Assembly (NCBI GenBank): GCA_963754655.1 | Contig: CAVWGN010000001.1 | Location: 1,568,001-1,632,000 of the forward strand | Length of the DNA stretch: 64,000 bases | Source: an uncultured Chlamydiae bacterium | Lineage (GTDB): Bacteria > Chlamydiota > Chlamydiia > Chlamydiales > Parachlamydiaceae | Direction of reading: 5' to 3' | Shown: piece by piece, positions 39,659 through 49,402 of the stretch | How positions within the stretch are numbered: position 1 is the stretch's first letter | How the letters are laid out: each line of letters opens with the position of its first letter | Translations under genes and position numbers: made by a program | Notes under the pieces: model-generated | Seen by the model: only the letters and a program-made list of their open reading frames with translations | Database searches by the model: none | Told to the model about the DNA's origin: nothing

Positions 39659-40789
39659 TTAAGATCTTATCAGACACGTGTCTAGGAAGATGTTAGAATC
39701 TTCGTTTATCATAAGAGATCTAGGCTCGGTAGCGGGCTCTTGCTGGCTTAAACAATGAAAGCTGCCAAGCCCCCAAATGATGTCTTTGGAGTTCAGCCCT
39801 ATGACCTTGCGATCTTTAAAGCATGAGGAGAGAATATCCAATGCCTTTTCATCGTTTGGATCTTCAAAAGTGGGAACCACGACGGCAGCATTGCTCATAT
39901 AAAAATTGGCATAACTGCATGGCAGAAGTTGTCCTTGCTCAAAATAAGGACTCGGAACAGGAAGTTCAATGATATTCAATGGCTGGCCATTGAGAAGACG
40001 CATCGATTCAAGAGCCTTCACATTTGCTTTTAAAACGTTGTAATCTGGATGGCTATAATGGTCTGCGATAATGCTCACAACACTGTTTTCATTCACAAAC
40101 CGTGTAAGATCATCAATATGACCATCTGTGTCATCTCCTTTAATTCCATTCTCTAACCACAAGATTTGATCAATCCCATAGAATTGCATCAAATAGCGTT
40201 CAATTTTTTCTTGACTACACTGGGGATTGCGATTGGGATTGAGCAAGCAAGATTTCGTTGTGAGAACTGTGCCTTGTCCATTAAAATCAACAGATCCCCC
40301 TTCCATAATGATGTTGGGAGTAAAGCAGGGAATTCCATAGTGGCGAGCAATCAATTTAGGAATCTGATCATCAAGATCATAAGGAGGGTATTTGTCTCCC
40401 CAAGCATTGTAGCGCCAATCGACAATGGCTTTTGGCTGCACAGCAGATGGACGGATAAGAAAAGCGGGTCCGTGATCGCGGCACCAGGCATCGTTAGTGG
40501 AGTGAAGAAAAAATTGGACTTGAGAAAAATCAACATCTGCTTGAATGAAATGCTCCTCTGCCTTCATTTGCATCGCTTTGTCATTGATATTGATGCAAAC
40601 TTTTTCTCCTTCTGCGAGGATTTTGACAAATTGAGCATAGACCCCATAAATGTTTTCAATTTTGCCTGGCCAAGAAGCCTCTTTGTGAGGCCAACTCAGC
40701 CAGGTCGCATCGTGTGTTTTCCATTCTGCAGGAAAATAATAGCCTAGTTCTTTTGGCGTTGTCATGGGGATAGAGTCATGTTGGTTCAT
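39659..40789 (-). CDS. aguA: Agmatine deiminase
   Basis: FPAEW, WCRDHGP, EGGS, DDTDGHID, SYANF, GSFHCLSQQ. Confidence 0.92.
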   Translation of the reverse strand: MNQHDSIPMTTPKELGYYFPAEWKTHDATWLSWPHKEASWPGKIENIYGVYAQFVKILAEGEKVCININDKAMQMKAEEHFIQADVDFSQVQFFLHSTNDAWCRDHGPAFLIRPSAVQPKAIVDWRYNAWGDKYPPYDLDDQIPKLIARHYGIPCFTPNIIMEGGSVDFNGQGTVLTTKSCLLNPNRNPQCSQEKIERYLMQFYGIDQILWLENGIKGDDTDGHIDDLTRFVNENSVVSIIADHYSHPDYNVLKANVKALESMRLLNGQPLNIIELPVPSPYFEQGQLLPCSYANFYMSNAAVVVPTFEDPNDEKALDILSSCFKDRKVIGLNSKDIIWGLGSFHCLSQQEPATEPRSLMINEDSNIFLDTCLIRS

Positions 40790-41654
40790 CAATATAACGT
40801 TGCATAATCGGTTGATAGGTTTCGATGCGCCGATCTCTTAAAAAAGGCCAGTGAGTGCGATAAAAATCAGATTGGCTTAAATCAATCTCCTGAACAATAA
40901 TTTCTGGATTGTCATGATTTGCTTGTTGAATCATCATTCCAAAAGGATTAGCAATAAAAGAGCCTCCCCAAAACTTCATTTGATCTTCAAAACCTGTACG
41001 ATTAACCGAAACCACATGAATGCCATTGGCTATTGCATGGGAGCGTTGAATGAGTTGCCAAGCTTCATATTGGGTTTGATTGGTCTCTTCATCTTGGCTT
41101 GCTGCCCAACCAATTGCTGTAGGATAAAAGAGAATTTCAGCTCCTTTCAAAGCAGTAATACGTGCAGCTTCCGGGTACCATTGATCCCAGCAGATGAGAA
41201 CCCCAATCTTAGCAAATTGAGTGGAGAAAACCTGATAGCCTAAGTCACCGGGAGTAAAATAAAATTTCTCGTAATAGCCTGGATCATCAGGAATATGCAT
41301 CTTTCGATATTTCCCTAGATAAGTTCCATCCGCATCAATCACAGCAGTTGTATTGTGATAAAGGCCCGCTGCTCTCTTCTCAAATAGGGAGGCAATAATG
41401 ACCGCTTTTAACTCAGCCGCCAATTGACATAGCCTTTCAGTTGAAGGGCCCGGAATGGGTTCGGCTAATTTAAAATTGTCATGATCTTCGATATTGCAAA
41501 AATATAAAGAGCGAAAAAGTTCTGGCAGGCAAATGATTTGAGCCCCTTTAGCAGCAGCTTCTCTTATTTTTTCAATGGTTTGTTCAAAGTTCTGCTGGGG
41601 ATTGCGCGTACAATGCAGCTGAATGAGCCCCACTTTTACTTTATTTAGAGACAT
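40776..41654 (-). CDS. aguB: N-carbamoylputrescine amidase (nitrilase superfamily)
   Basis: Triad LPELF / YRKMHIPDDPGYYEKFYFTPGD / ICWDQWYPEAAR; ATG 41654 preferred. Confidence 0.92.
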   Translation of the reverse strand: MSLNKVKVGLIQLHCTRNPQQNFEQTIEKIREAAAKGAQIICLPELFRSLYFCNIEDHDNFKLAEPIPGPSTERLCQLAAELKAVIIASLFEKRAAGLYHNTTAVIDADGTYLGKYRKMHIPDDPGYYEKFYFTPGDLGYQVFSTQFAKIGVLICWDQWYPEAARITALKGAEILFYPTAIGWAASQDEETNQTQYEAWQLIQRSHAIANGIHVVSVNRTGFEDQMKFWGGSFIANPFGMMIQQANHDNPEIIVQEIDLSQSDFYRTHWPFLRDRRIETYQPIMQRYIDEPT

Positions 41655-41679
41655 GATCGATTTTCTCCTAAGCTCAATT

Positions 41680-42648
41680 TTATTGCCCCAGCACATAAGC
41701 AAAAATAAGGGGAGCAACAATGGATGCATCCGATTCGATCAAATAGCTTGGCGTTTTAGCATCCAATTTTCCCCAGGTAATCTTTTCATTAGGAACAGCT
41801 CCGCTATAAGAACCAAATGAGGTTGTGCTATCGCTGATTTGGCAAAAATAGCCCCATAAAGGGACTTTTTCTTGTAGATCTTGTCGAATTAAAGGAACAA
41901 CGCAAATGGGAAAATCGCCTGCAATTCCGCCACCAATTTGAAAAAATCCAATCGATTGATGGTAAGCTATTTGCTTATACCAATCAATGAGGACACCCAT
42001 TTGTTCTGTTCCAGATTTGACAATCTGATAAGTCCTTAAGTCACCAGATACAACATGAGAAACGAAAATATTGCCCAAAGTGGAATCTTCCCAGCCAGGA
42101 GTAAAAATGGGCAGATTTTTTTCTTTAGCTGCTAACAACCAACTATTTTTAGGATCAATTTCGCAATAGCGTTCCAACAATCCGCTGTCTAAGAGCTGAA
42201 AGAGGTATTCATAGGGAAAATAGCGTTTCTTTTCTTTGTCAGCTTGTTGCCATAATTGCAAAATTTCTTTTTCAATGCGCCGAATAGCTGTGTCTTCGGG
42301 AATGCATGTATCAGTGACGCGATTCATTCCTTTTTTTAGCAACTGGATTTCATCTTCCGCTGTTAAATAGCGATAGTGAGGAACACGTTCATAATGGGTA
42401 TGGGCAACCAAGTTAAAAATATCTTCTTCTAAATTAGCTCCTGTGCAGGAAATGGCATGTACCTTATCTTGACGGATCATTTCTGCTAGGGAAATGCCAA
42501 GCTCTGCAGTACTCATAGCTCCAGCAAGAGTGATAAGCATTTTGCCGCCTTTATTTAAATGCTCTATCCAGCCTTCGGCTGCATCGACGCAGACAGCGGC
42601 ATTAAAATGCTTAAAATGACGCTTCATAAATGTTCGAATAGTAGTCAT
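41680..42648 (-). CDS. Deoxyhypusine-synthase-like protein (probable homospermidine synthase)
   Basis: TLAGAMSTAELG, CTGANLEED, IGGGIAGDF, SGAVPNEKITWGK with catalytic Lys. Confidence 0.88.
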   Translation of the reverse strand: MTTIRTFMKRHFKHFNAAVCVDAAEGWIEHLNKGGKMLITLAGAMSTAELGISLAEMIRQDKVHAISCTGANLEEDIFNLVAHTHYERVPHYRYLTAEDEIQLLKKGMNRVTDTCIPEDTAIRRIEKEILQLWQQADKEKKRYFPYEYLFQLLDSGLLERYCEIDPKNSWLLAAKEKNLPIFTPGWEDSTLGNIFVSHVVSGDLRTYQIVKSGTEQMGVLIDWYKQIAYHQSIGFFQIGGGIAGDFPICVVPLIRQDLQEKVPLWGYFCQISDSTTSFGSYSGAVPNEKITWGKLDAKTPSYLIESDASIVAPLIFAYVLGQ

Positions 42649-42673
42649 GATTTTTTTACCTAAAATAAAATTC

Positions 42674-44566
42674 TTAAACAGTTAAATAGGTGTAGCTTTC
42701 GAGCGATTCTTTAAATTTTTTCTGCAGCTTAGCCGACTCTGCATTGGATAAACGTCCTGATTTCAAGGCTTTTTCTATTAAGATACGTAGCTGTTTTAAG
42801 AGTTGTTCTGGATTATATTGAGCATAAGACAAGACCTCTTCAATCGTGTCTCCTTCCACTACATGTTTGATAATCCATTGTCCTTCTTCATCGAGTTCAA
42901 CATGCACGGCATTGGCATCGCCAAATAAATTATGAAGTCCACCTAGAATTTCTTGATAAGCACCTACTAAAAATATTCCAAGATAATAAGGGGAATTTTT
43001 AAATTGATGGAGAGGCACATCACGCTGCATCTCGCGGCGCCCTACAAAACGATTAATTTTTCCATCGCTATCACAACTCATATCAGCTAAAATGCCACGT
43101 CTTGTCGGTTCTTCATTTAAGCGATGAATGGGCATAACAGGGAATAATTGCTCAATTGCCCAAGAATCTGGTAAAGATTGAAAAACGGAAAAATTGCAGA
43201 AATAAATATCAAATAAAATGTCATTTAGCTTTTCAATGTCCTCAGGAATGTGAGGAAGCTGATTGGCAAGCAATCGGATTTTAGCAATCAAATGACGATA
43301 AGCTTTTTCAGCATAAGATCGCTCTTGCAATGTTAAATTGCCGCACATGAAGTTTTCTAAAATAGCTTCTTTGAATTCAAAAGCATCGTGTAAAGCTTCT
43401 TGGCATGTGTGGGGCGTGACATTTTCGTAAAGATCGCCAATTGTAGCTAAGAGAATATGATCACTGGGAGGAAGATCAAGTTTGGAAACAGGTTCTACCA
43501 TAGGAGCCACATCAATGACTTCTGTAATTAAAATGGCATGATGAGCAACCAACGCGCGGCCAGATTCTGTAATGATCACGGGATGAGGAATTTCAGCATT
43601 TTTACACGCATCTCCAATAGCAGACACAATATCGCGTGCATACTCTTCTACGCTATAATTCATGGAAGAATCTGAAGTTGTCTTAGTGCCATCATAATCC
43701 ACTCCCAATCCTCCACCTGCATCGAAAAAACATAAAGAAGAACAGAGCTGTGCTAATTCTGTATACATGCGAGAAGCTTCTTTTAAGGCTTTTTTGACAG
43801 CCTGGATTGATGTAATCTGACTTCCAATGTGAAAATGCAAAAGTTTTAGCCAATCTGTCTTTTGAGCTTTCTGAAGCTGCTCCAAGCACAGCATAATTTC
43901 ATGCGTATTGAGCCCAAATTTTGCTAAATCGCCTCCAGATGTTTGCCAACGCCCAGCGCCTTTATTTGAAAGTTTCATGCGAAATCCAATCTCAGCTTCA
44001 ACGTCTAAACGTTGGGCAACATCTAACACAAGCTGCAGCTCATAGGGCTGTTCAATGATGATGATAGAACGTCTGCCCAGTTTACGAGCCATTAAGGCTA
44101 ACTCAATATATTCTGCATCTTTATATCCATTGCAAAGAAGAAGAGCTTGTAAATTATCGCTAAAGGTCATGACTGCTAAAAGCTCCGGTTTACTTCCCAC
44201 CTCTAAACCTAATTGTTGCTCATGACCTGTTTGTTCAATTAATTCTACAACATGACATTGAGGATTCACTTTAATAGGAAAAGCAATGCGATAGGTGTTT
44301 TCATATTCAAATTCTTCAATCGCAGCATCAAAAGCCGCTTTTAAAAAATGAATTCGATCCCGAATAATATCATTAAAGCGGATGAGAATGGGAGCCTCAA
44401 TTCCTCGTTGAACGAGAGCTTCAACTAATTCAAATAAATCTCCTTCTGCACCTTGCACATAAGGTTTAACACTGACGTGTCCTTGGTCATTAATACCAAA
44501 GTAAGGGGTTCCCCATCTTTGGATCCAATAAAATTCTTCGTTTTTTGCTAAAAGACTTTCTTTCAC
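42674..44566 (-). CDS. speA: Biosynthetic arginine decarboxylase
   Basis: FPIKVNP, GLEVGSKPEL, LHFHIGSQ, DAGGGLGVDYDG, FSVFQSLPDSWAI, CDSDG, HNLFG. Confidence 0.96.
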   Translation of the reverse strand: MKESLLAKNEEFYWIQRWGTPYFGINDQGHVSVKPYVQGAEGDLFELVEALVQRGIEAPILIRFNDIIRDRIHFLKAAFDAAIEEFEYENTYRIAFPIKVNPQCHVVELIEQTGHEQQLGLEVGSKPELLAVMTFSDNLQALLLCNGYKDAEYIELALMARKLGRRSIIIIEQPYELQLVLDVAQRLDVEAEIGFRMKLSNKGAGRWQTSGGDLAKFGLNTHEIMLCLEQLQKAQKTDWLKLLHFHIGSQITSIQAVKKALKEASRMYTELAQLCSSLCFFDAGGGLGVDYDGTKTTSDSSMNYSVEEYARDIVSAIGDACKNAEIPHPVIITESGRALVAHHAILITEVIDVAPMVEPVSKLDLPPSDHILLATIGDLYENVTPHTCQEALHDAFEFKEAILENFMCGNLTLQERSYAEKAYRHLIAKIRLLANQLPHIPEDIEKLNDILFDIYFCNFSVFQSLPDSWAIEQLFPVMPIHRLNEEPTRRGILADMSCDSDGKINRFVGRREMQRDVPLHQFKNSPYYLGIFLVGAYQEILGGLHNLFGDANAVHVELDEEGQWIIKHVVEGDTIEEVLSYAQYNPEQLLKQLRILIEKALKSGRLSNAESAKLQKKFKESLESYTYLTV

Positions 44567-44854
44567 TTCATTCCAACCTATTCTGTAAAATTTTTAGCGT
44601 TAATGAAATAATGTCGGTTTCAATCAAGATGGCTCTTGAATTTTACCAGGCTTCTCATTTTTATCATGATCAGTAAAATCTTCCAACAAGATACAACGAT
44701 GATTCCTATTTTAAATTTATAGGCATCAACATTTATTTTATTTTAAAAAGTGATCTTTATTCCTATAAAATAAGGAATAAACACTTTTTTTGTTGAATTA
44801 AAATAACTATACAAAATAAAATTCGTGTTTAAATATCGTTAATAAGGATTCCTT

Positions 44855-45325
44855 ATGAATATTAGTATGGATGGAATTAAAGATTATTTACAAATAGGAT
44901 CAGGATTTCAATTTGCAGCTGAGCAAATGGGAAAATTAGCGGATCGCATGGTGAAAGTGCTTAAACAAGCTTTGGAATATGTGAGACAAGATGCGTACCT
45001 AGCAGGCGCGACAGTGGTTATTGCAAATATTGTATTTCTTGAAACAGCAATTTTAGTAACCCGTTTAGCTAATAAAATTCTCGTTTGCCTTTTTGGTTCT
45101 GAAGAGAAGTGGAGTAAAACAGTCATTACAGTTCATTCTTTTTTCATTTTATCTGAGATTTCTTCATTGGTTATTGGAATGAATATAGCTCTCTATCAAG
45201 GAATAAAAATGCCGTTAAGCCCATTAGCAGTTGTTGCAATTAGCATCACAACATGTGCAACCTACATTTTATTTGATTTATGGAAAGCAAACAGAAATCA
45301 AGATCGGAAGATTGAGGAGGTTTGA
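44855..45325 (+). CDS. Small membrane protein, paralogue 1 of a tandem Inc-like family
   Basis: Hydrophilic N-terminus then three hydrophobic segments; shared pattern with the next three genes. Confidence 0.7.
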   Translation: MNISMDGIKDYLQIGSGFQFAAEQMGKLADRMVKVLKQALEYVRQDAYLAGATVVIANIVFLETAILVTRLANKILVCLFGSEEKWSKTVITVHSFFILSEISSLVIGMNIALYQGIKMPLSPLAVVAISITTCATYILFDLWKANRNQDRKIEEV

Positions 45326-45748
45326 GTGAAAATTGATTTGCTCGAAGCTTTTATTCCGGTCAGATTGGCTGCGCCATATGTAGGGGAAGCGGCAGGTCAA
45401 TGGGCTCAACACATTGTAAAAGTAATAGATGGTGTGTCTTTATATCTTCAAAATCCATCGCTTGCTTATCTAGCCTTGATCGGAGTAAATATTGCTTTTT
45501 TTGAGATCGCGGTACAAATCTGCCGGGTTGTGAATTTTCTTTTCAATTTAATTGAAAATTATGAAGAAGCTCAACACCCTGAACGTTGCTTGCGCTCTTT
45601 AGTGTTAGGTGCGGTTTTTGTTTCTATTATTGGAGTAGGAAATTGGGCATTCTATTCAAGACTTCGTTTACCTATTTCCAAAGCCACTACTGTTGCTGTA
45701 AATGTTCTGAGTTGTATGGCTTATTTTATTTATAAATCTGGTCGCTAG
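45326..45748 (+). CDS. Small membrane protein, paralogue 2
   Basis: QWAQHIVKVI...YLQNP...GVNIAFFEIA. Confidence 0.7.
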   Translation: MKIDLLEAFIPVRLAAPYVGEAAGQWAQHIVKVIDGVSLYLQNPSLAYLALIGVNIAFFEIAVQICRVVNFLFNLIENYEEAQHPERCLRSLVLGAVFVSIIGVGNWAFYSRLRLPISKATTVAVNVLSCMAYFIYKSGR

Positions 45749-45773
45749 TTTGACAATTTAATTGAGATTAAAT

Positions 45774-46217
45774 ATGGATATTGTAGTTACCCCTTATACT
45801 CTTCAAGATGTTTTTAATAATGTTAAAAGTTATTTAAGTTTAAAAAACAATGAATGGACGGGACGTGTTGTGACGGTGTTAAAGTCTGCTCTTGTTTATT
45901 TAGAAGATCCTCGTGTGGCAATCTCGGCTACTTGCATAGTGAATTTTGCCATTTTAGAAATAGCTATAAGGATTGGTCGATTGGTTAGCTGCTGTTGTTC
46001 TGGAAAGACGCAGACAGAGAGACAGATCAAATCAGCCATCGAAGTGACTTTAGCAGCTGGTTTAACTTTAATAGGAAACATTGCGTGGGTTAAGGCAACA
46101 GGCATCGCCCTTCATCCATGTCTTGTAGCAACTCTTATTGGCTTAAGTTTTATTATCAAGTATAATTTAGAAAATTATCTCGAGCCTCAACCAATATCAG
46201 CAGATATAATAGGATAG
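45774..46217 (+). CDS. Small membrane protein, paralogue 3
   Basis: EWTGRVVTVLKS...YLEDP...IVNFAILEIA; ATG 45774 preferred. Confidence 0.7.
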   Translation: MDIVVTPYTLQDVFNNVKSYLSLKNNEWTGRVVTVLKSALVYLEDPRVAISATCIVNFAILEIAIRIGRLVSCCCSGKTQTERQIKSAIEVTLAAGLTLIGNIAWVKATGIALHPCLVATLIGLSFIIKYNLENYLEPQPISADIIG

Positions 46218-46286
46218 GGCCCTATCGACATGTCGTTTATTAGAAAATTTTATTAATTAAATAGATCATTTTGTTTTGGAGTTGTT

Positions 46287-46712
46287 ATGTTATTTAATGT
46301 GAATATAGATGGAATTAAAAATGGGTTTGTCGCTCACTGTGAAGGAAGTACTGCTGAAGTGAGTGAGTGGATGGGACGTGCAATCGCTTGTTTGAAATCT
46401 GGTGTTGAAAACGTAATGCCTTATTTGCAAGATAAAAGAATTGCAACAATTGCATTAATTGCAGTGAATCTTTTATTAATTGAAATCGTCAATTTATCTA
46501 GCTGGTGCTGGAATACACATTGTCCTACTGATACTGAAGGTAAGCGAATCTTCCGTGATCTTGTTGACATCACATGTGGACTTTCAATTCTGGTTGCTGG
46601 AGTGACAGCTTTTGCTAAATATACAAAATTGCCTTTCAGCTCCTTTGCTATTGTAGGCATCAGCCTTGCGACTCTTCTTATCAGAAGTTCCCTCTCAACA
46701 ATAGAAAATTAA
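46287..46712 (+). CDS. Small membrane protein, paralogue 4
   Basis: EWMGRAIACLKS...YLQDK...AVNLLLIEIV. Confidence 0.7.
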   Translation: MLFNVNIDGIKNGFVAHCEGSTAEVSEWMGRAIACLKSGVENVMPYLQDKRIATIALIAVNLLLIEIVNLSSWCWNTHCPTDTEGKRIFRDLVDITCGLSILVAGVTAFAKYTKLPFSSFAIVGISLATLLIRSSLSTIEN

Positions 46713-46739
46713 ACAAAAGTATATCGTCCAATAGGTTGT

Positions 46740-47597
46740 TTAATTTAGCTGCAGCTGCACACGCCATTTTTTTATCAGAAGATCAGGTTGATAAGAAAGC
46801 TTAGAAATTCGCAGAGAGGGGATGCCCAAGTCTTGCTCTAGGTTTATCCATGCACAGGTTCCCTCTACTGAATGTGCTAAATCTTGATAGAGATACTGAT
46901 AAAGACCCTTAAAGGATTGGAGCGCTTTGCTAAAGTGAACAACATAGCAATCTGTTGATAGCCATTCACCAATGATGAGGCCAACGGGTTGTTGATTAAC
47001 ATAGGTCATTCGTCCATGAAGGTGTAAGAGATGAAAATTTTGAATGGCTTCTAGGCACGCAGAATAATCAGTTTGATTGAGATTCGTCCCATGCTCTTTT
47101 TGCCAGATCTCTAATACTTGTTGCGCATCATGGAAGTGCTCTATAAAGTTTTCACTTTTCACTTCATAATGATCTAAAAGCTGTTTAACCTGATTGCGTT
47201 TACCATCTAGATGCCTCCCAGGGTAATGAGCAAGCTTAGGCGTTGTATAGAGATAATCGCTGTCTGCTTCTTTAAAGCTGGCTTGTAAGAGCTGTTTTTC
47301 CAATAGTGTTAACCAATTTTCTGGAATGGGAAATAAAGTTTGAGTTTGAAGAATAACTTTTTGCAGAATTAATTGAGAAATTTGTAGAGGATGGCGTGTC
47401 ATCATGATAAAAGGAACTTGATCCCTTGATACGCCTTTGATAAAGACTTCCTGTTCAACCCTTATCACTTCATAACGATGTATGTGACGAAAAAGATACA
47501 GATTGGCAAAAGAATATTCTGAAAGGGCAAGATCCAGTTGACGAAATTTGCTTTCGATGACATCTTGATGACTGAGATTTAAAGGTTCAATGTGCAT
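46740..47597 (-). CDS. DUF2156 / aminoacyl-PG-synthase C-terminal-like GNAT protein
   Basis: SEYSFANLYLF, DYLY...L...G.....KRN, VHFSKA....GLYQ, INLEQDLGIPSLR.SKLSYQP. Confidence 0.85.
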   Translation of the reverse strand: MHIEPLNLSHQDVIESKFRQLDLALSEYSFANLYLFRHIHRYEVIRVEQEVFIKGVSRDQVPFIMMTRHPLQISQLILQKVILQTQTLFPIPENWLTLLEKQLLQASFKEADSDYLYTTPKLAHYPGRHLDGKRNQVKQLLDHYEVKSENFIEHFHDAQQVLEIWQKEHGTNLNQTDYSACLEAIQNFHLLHLHGRMTYVNQQPVGLIIGEWLSTDCYVVHFSKALQSFKGLYQYLYQDLAHSVEGTCAWINLEQDLGIPSLRISKLSYQPDLLIKKWRVQLQLN

Positions 47598-47809
47598 GCA
47601 AGCTAAGGCTTTTTATGTCGATTGATAGCAAAGCGAATTCAAAAATTCAAATTTGAAGAGTTCAAATGTTTGTCTTCACTTCTGTTTAATGCGTTCCACT
47701 CGGTCGGTCAAAGATGGGCTAGAAACCCTTGTTGTTCACTTAAAGAAATTATAACCCACTGTGACCCAACCTAGAGGATGTGACCGAGTAGGGATTTGAT
47801 TTATGCAAC

Positions 47810-48253
47810 TTAATAGAGAAAAGGAAGATGAGAGGGAATTTCTTGAGGCTTCATATGCGTCATATCTTTGTCTACTTCTCCTTTAATTAATTTTGCTGTG
47901 TTGGGATGGATAGATTGTCTGAGTAATCCAAGAAGTGAAGGACTTGCTGCGATATAAAGTGTTTCAAATTCGCCTTGATTACGTGCATTTTCCAAGTAAT
48001 CTGCAAGAGATTTTGCAAATACTGCAAATTCATGTCGTTTTGGAAGGACTTTGGGCTCAAGAGCGTGTCGGCCAATTCCTGCGCTTTCAAAATCTCTTCC
48101 CGGTTTATCCGATACAAGATCAAGATTATGCAAACGGCTTTCGGGATGTTCTAAAACCTTAAGTTCTGTTAAATCAAATCTTTTTTCAATTTTATAAATG
48201 CGCGCTAAGCTACTATTTGCCACTATCAGCCAAGTATCCTTTTTCATCGCCAT
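47810..48253 (-). CDS. Host-attachment (AtsE)/baeRF12-like protein
   Basis: WLIVANSSLARI, DLVSDKPGR, FAKSLADYL, LYIAASPSLLGLLR, EVDKDMT; aaggag RBS before ATG 48253. Confidence 0.88.
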   Translation of the reverse strand: MAMKKDTWLIVANSSLARIYKIEKRFDLTELKVLEHPESRLHNLDLVSDKPGRDFESAGIGRHALEPKVLPKRHEFAVFAKSLADYLENARNQGEFETLYIAASPSLLGLLRQSIHPNTAKLIKGEVDKDMTHMKPQEIPSHLPFLY

Positions 48254-48337
48254 GCTCCTTTTATCTAAAACCGTTGAATGTTTTATTTCATAATCTTTAA
48301 AGAGTTTTTTGAATATCAATTCTTTTGATATTCATAA

Positions 48338-49264
48338 TCAAATTTTTGTTCCCCGTTGAGAGTTGAATAATCTTTGTCCTAGTAGAATGATGCCTTGTAA
48401 AGGATAGGGAATTTGAATCTGCTTTCTTGCTTCCGTAAAGATCTCATAACAAGTTTCAATTTTTTGTTGTAAGTCACGAGTTTGACTTTTTTGCTCATCT
48501 ATATCTGCTTGCAGCTTAGTGTTAGATTGAACCATTTTGTCAACACATATCTTCAAAATAGAATATTCCTTATTTAAATCGTTAAATTGTCCTTTTAATT
48601 CTTGATTTTGATCTTCTAGTTCTTGATATAGAGTTTCCAAATGCTTGTATTTGTCTTTTAACTCTTCCGATTCAGTTTTTAATGTTTGATTTTCTTCATT
48701 TAAAAGAGCATAGTCGTTCTCTAACTCTTCATATTCTTGCTCGAGTGAAGCTGCCTTTGATTTCAATTGCTCATTCTGACTATCTAATTTCTCAAAAGCT
48801 TCCCCCAATCCCTCATATTTCTTGCTTAAATCTTGAAAGTGAGTCCTTAATCCGTCGGTTTCATTTTTCAATTGAGCATTTTCTTTTTCAGTTTTTAAAT
48901 ACTCATCGCTTAAAAGAAGATGCTGCTGCTTAAGTTCTTTAGTTTTATCACTTAAATCCTGGAAATTATTTTTCAACTTGTTATTTTCTTTGAGCATGTC
49001 AATAATTTTAACAGTCAACTCTTTCTTAGATGATTCAAGCTCTGAAATATAAACATCCTTTAATTCGGCAATTTCTTCGATCTGTTGCGCATCAGCAAAT
49101 GCTTCCTTTAGAATATCTTGAATTGCTGTTGAACGCTCTTCTAAGGAGCCTTTTTGAGTTTGTAAAACACTAATGATGTGCCCATAGGTACGAGATAACA
49201 AGGTGTTTGGAAAAATTGCTCCACCAACTTGTGCTTTTGGCGTAACGAAACTGACTTGCTGCAT
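48338..49264 (-). CDS. Coiled-coil hypothetical protein
   Basis: Long heptad repeats rich in E/K/L/Q. Confidence 0.75.
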   Translation of the reverse strand: MQQVSFVTPKAQVGGAIFPNTLLSRTYGHIISVLQTQKGSLEERSTAIQDILKEAFADAQQIEEIAELKDVYISELESSKKELTVKIIDMLKENNKLKNNFQDLSDKTKELKQQHLLLSDEYLKTEKENAQLKNETDGLRTHFQDLSKKYEGLGEAFEKLDSQNEQLKSKAASLEQEYEELENDYALLNEENQTLKTESEELKDKYKHLETLYQELEDQNQELKGQFNDLNKEYSILKICVDKMVQSNTKLQADIDEQKSQTRDLQQKIETCYEIFTEARKQIQIPYPLQGIILLGQRLFNSQRGTKI

Positions 49265-49402
49265 ATTGTTCTTCCTTATTGCAAATTTTAAAGATACTCT
49301 AAAACTTTACCAATTCCTATGATTAATGATATTCATGGGAATTCAGTAAAATAGCAAAGAAAATGATTTTCAAAGAGAGATCAACATAAAAGAGGTTAAG
49401 TA

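Noticed and set aside
40166..41820. Plus-strand ORFs 40166-40747, 40914-41243 and 41623-41820
   Set aside because: Antisense to well-supported aguA, aguB and DHS-like genes
46740..48253. DUF2156 + baeRF12-like genes as a translation-rescue system
   Set aside because: Separated by ~210 bp with no evidence of coupling; both are common stand-alone genes
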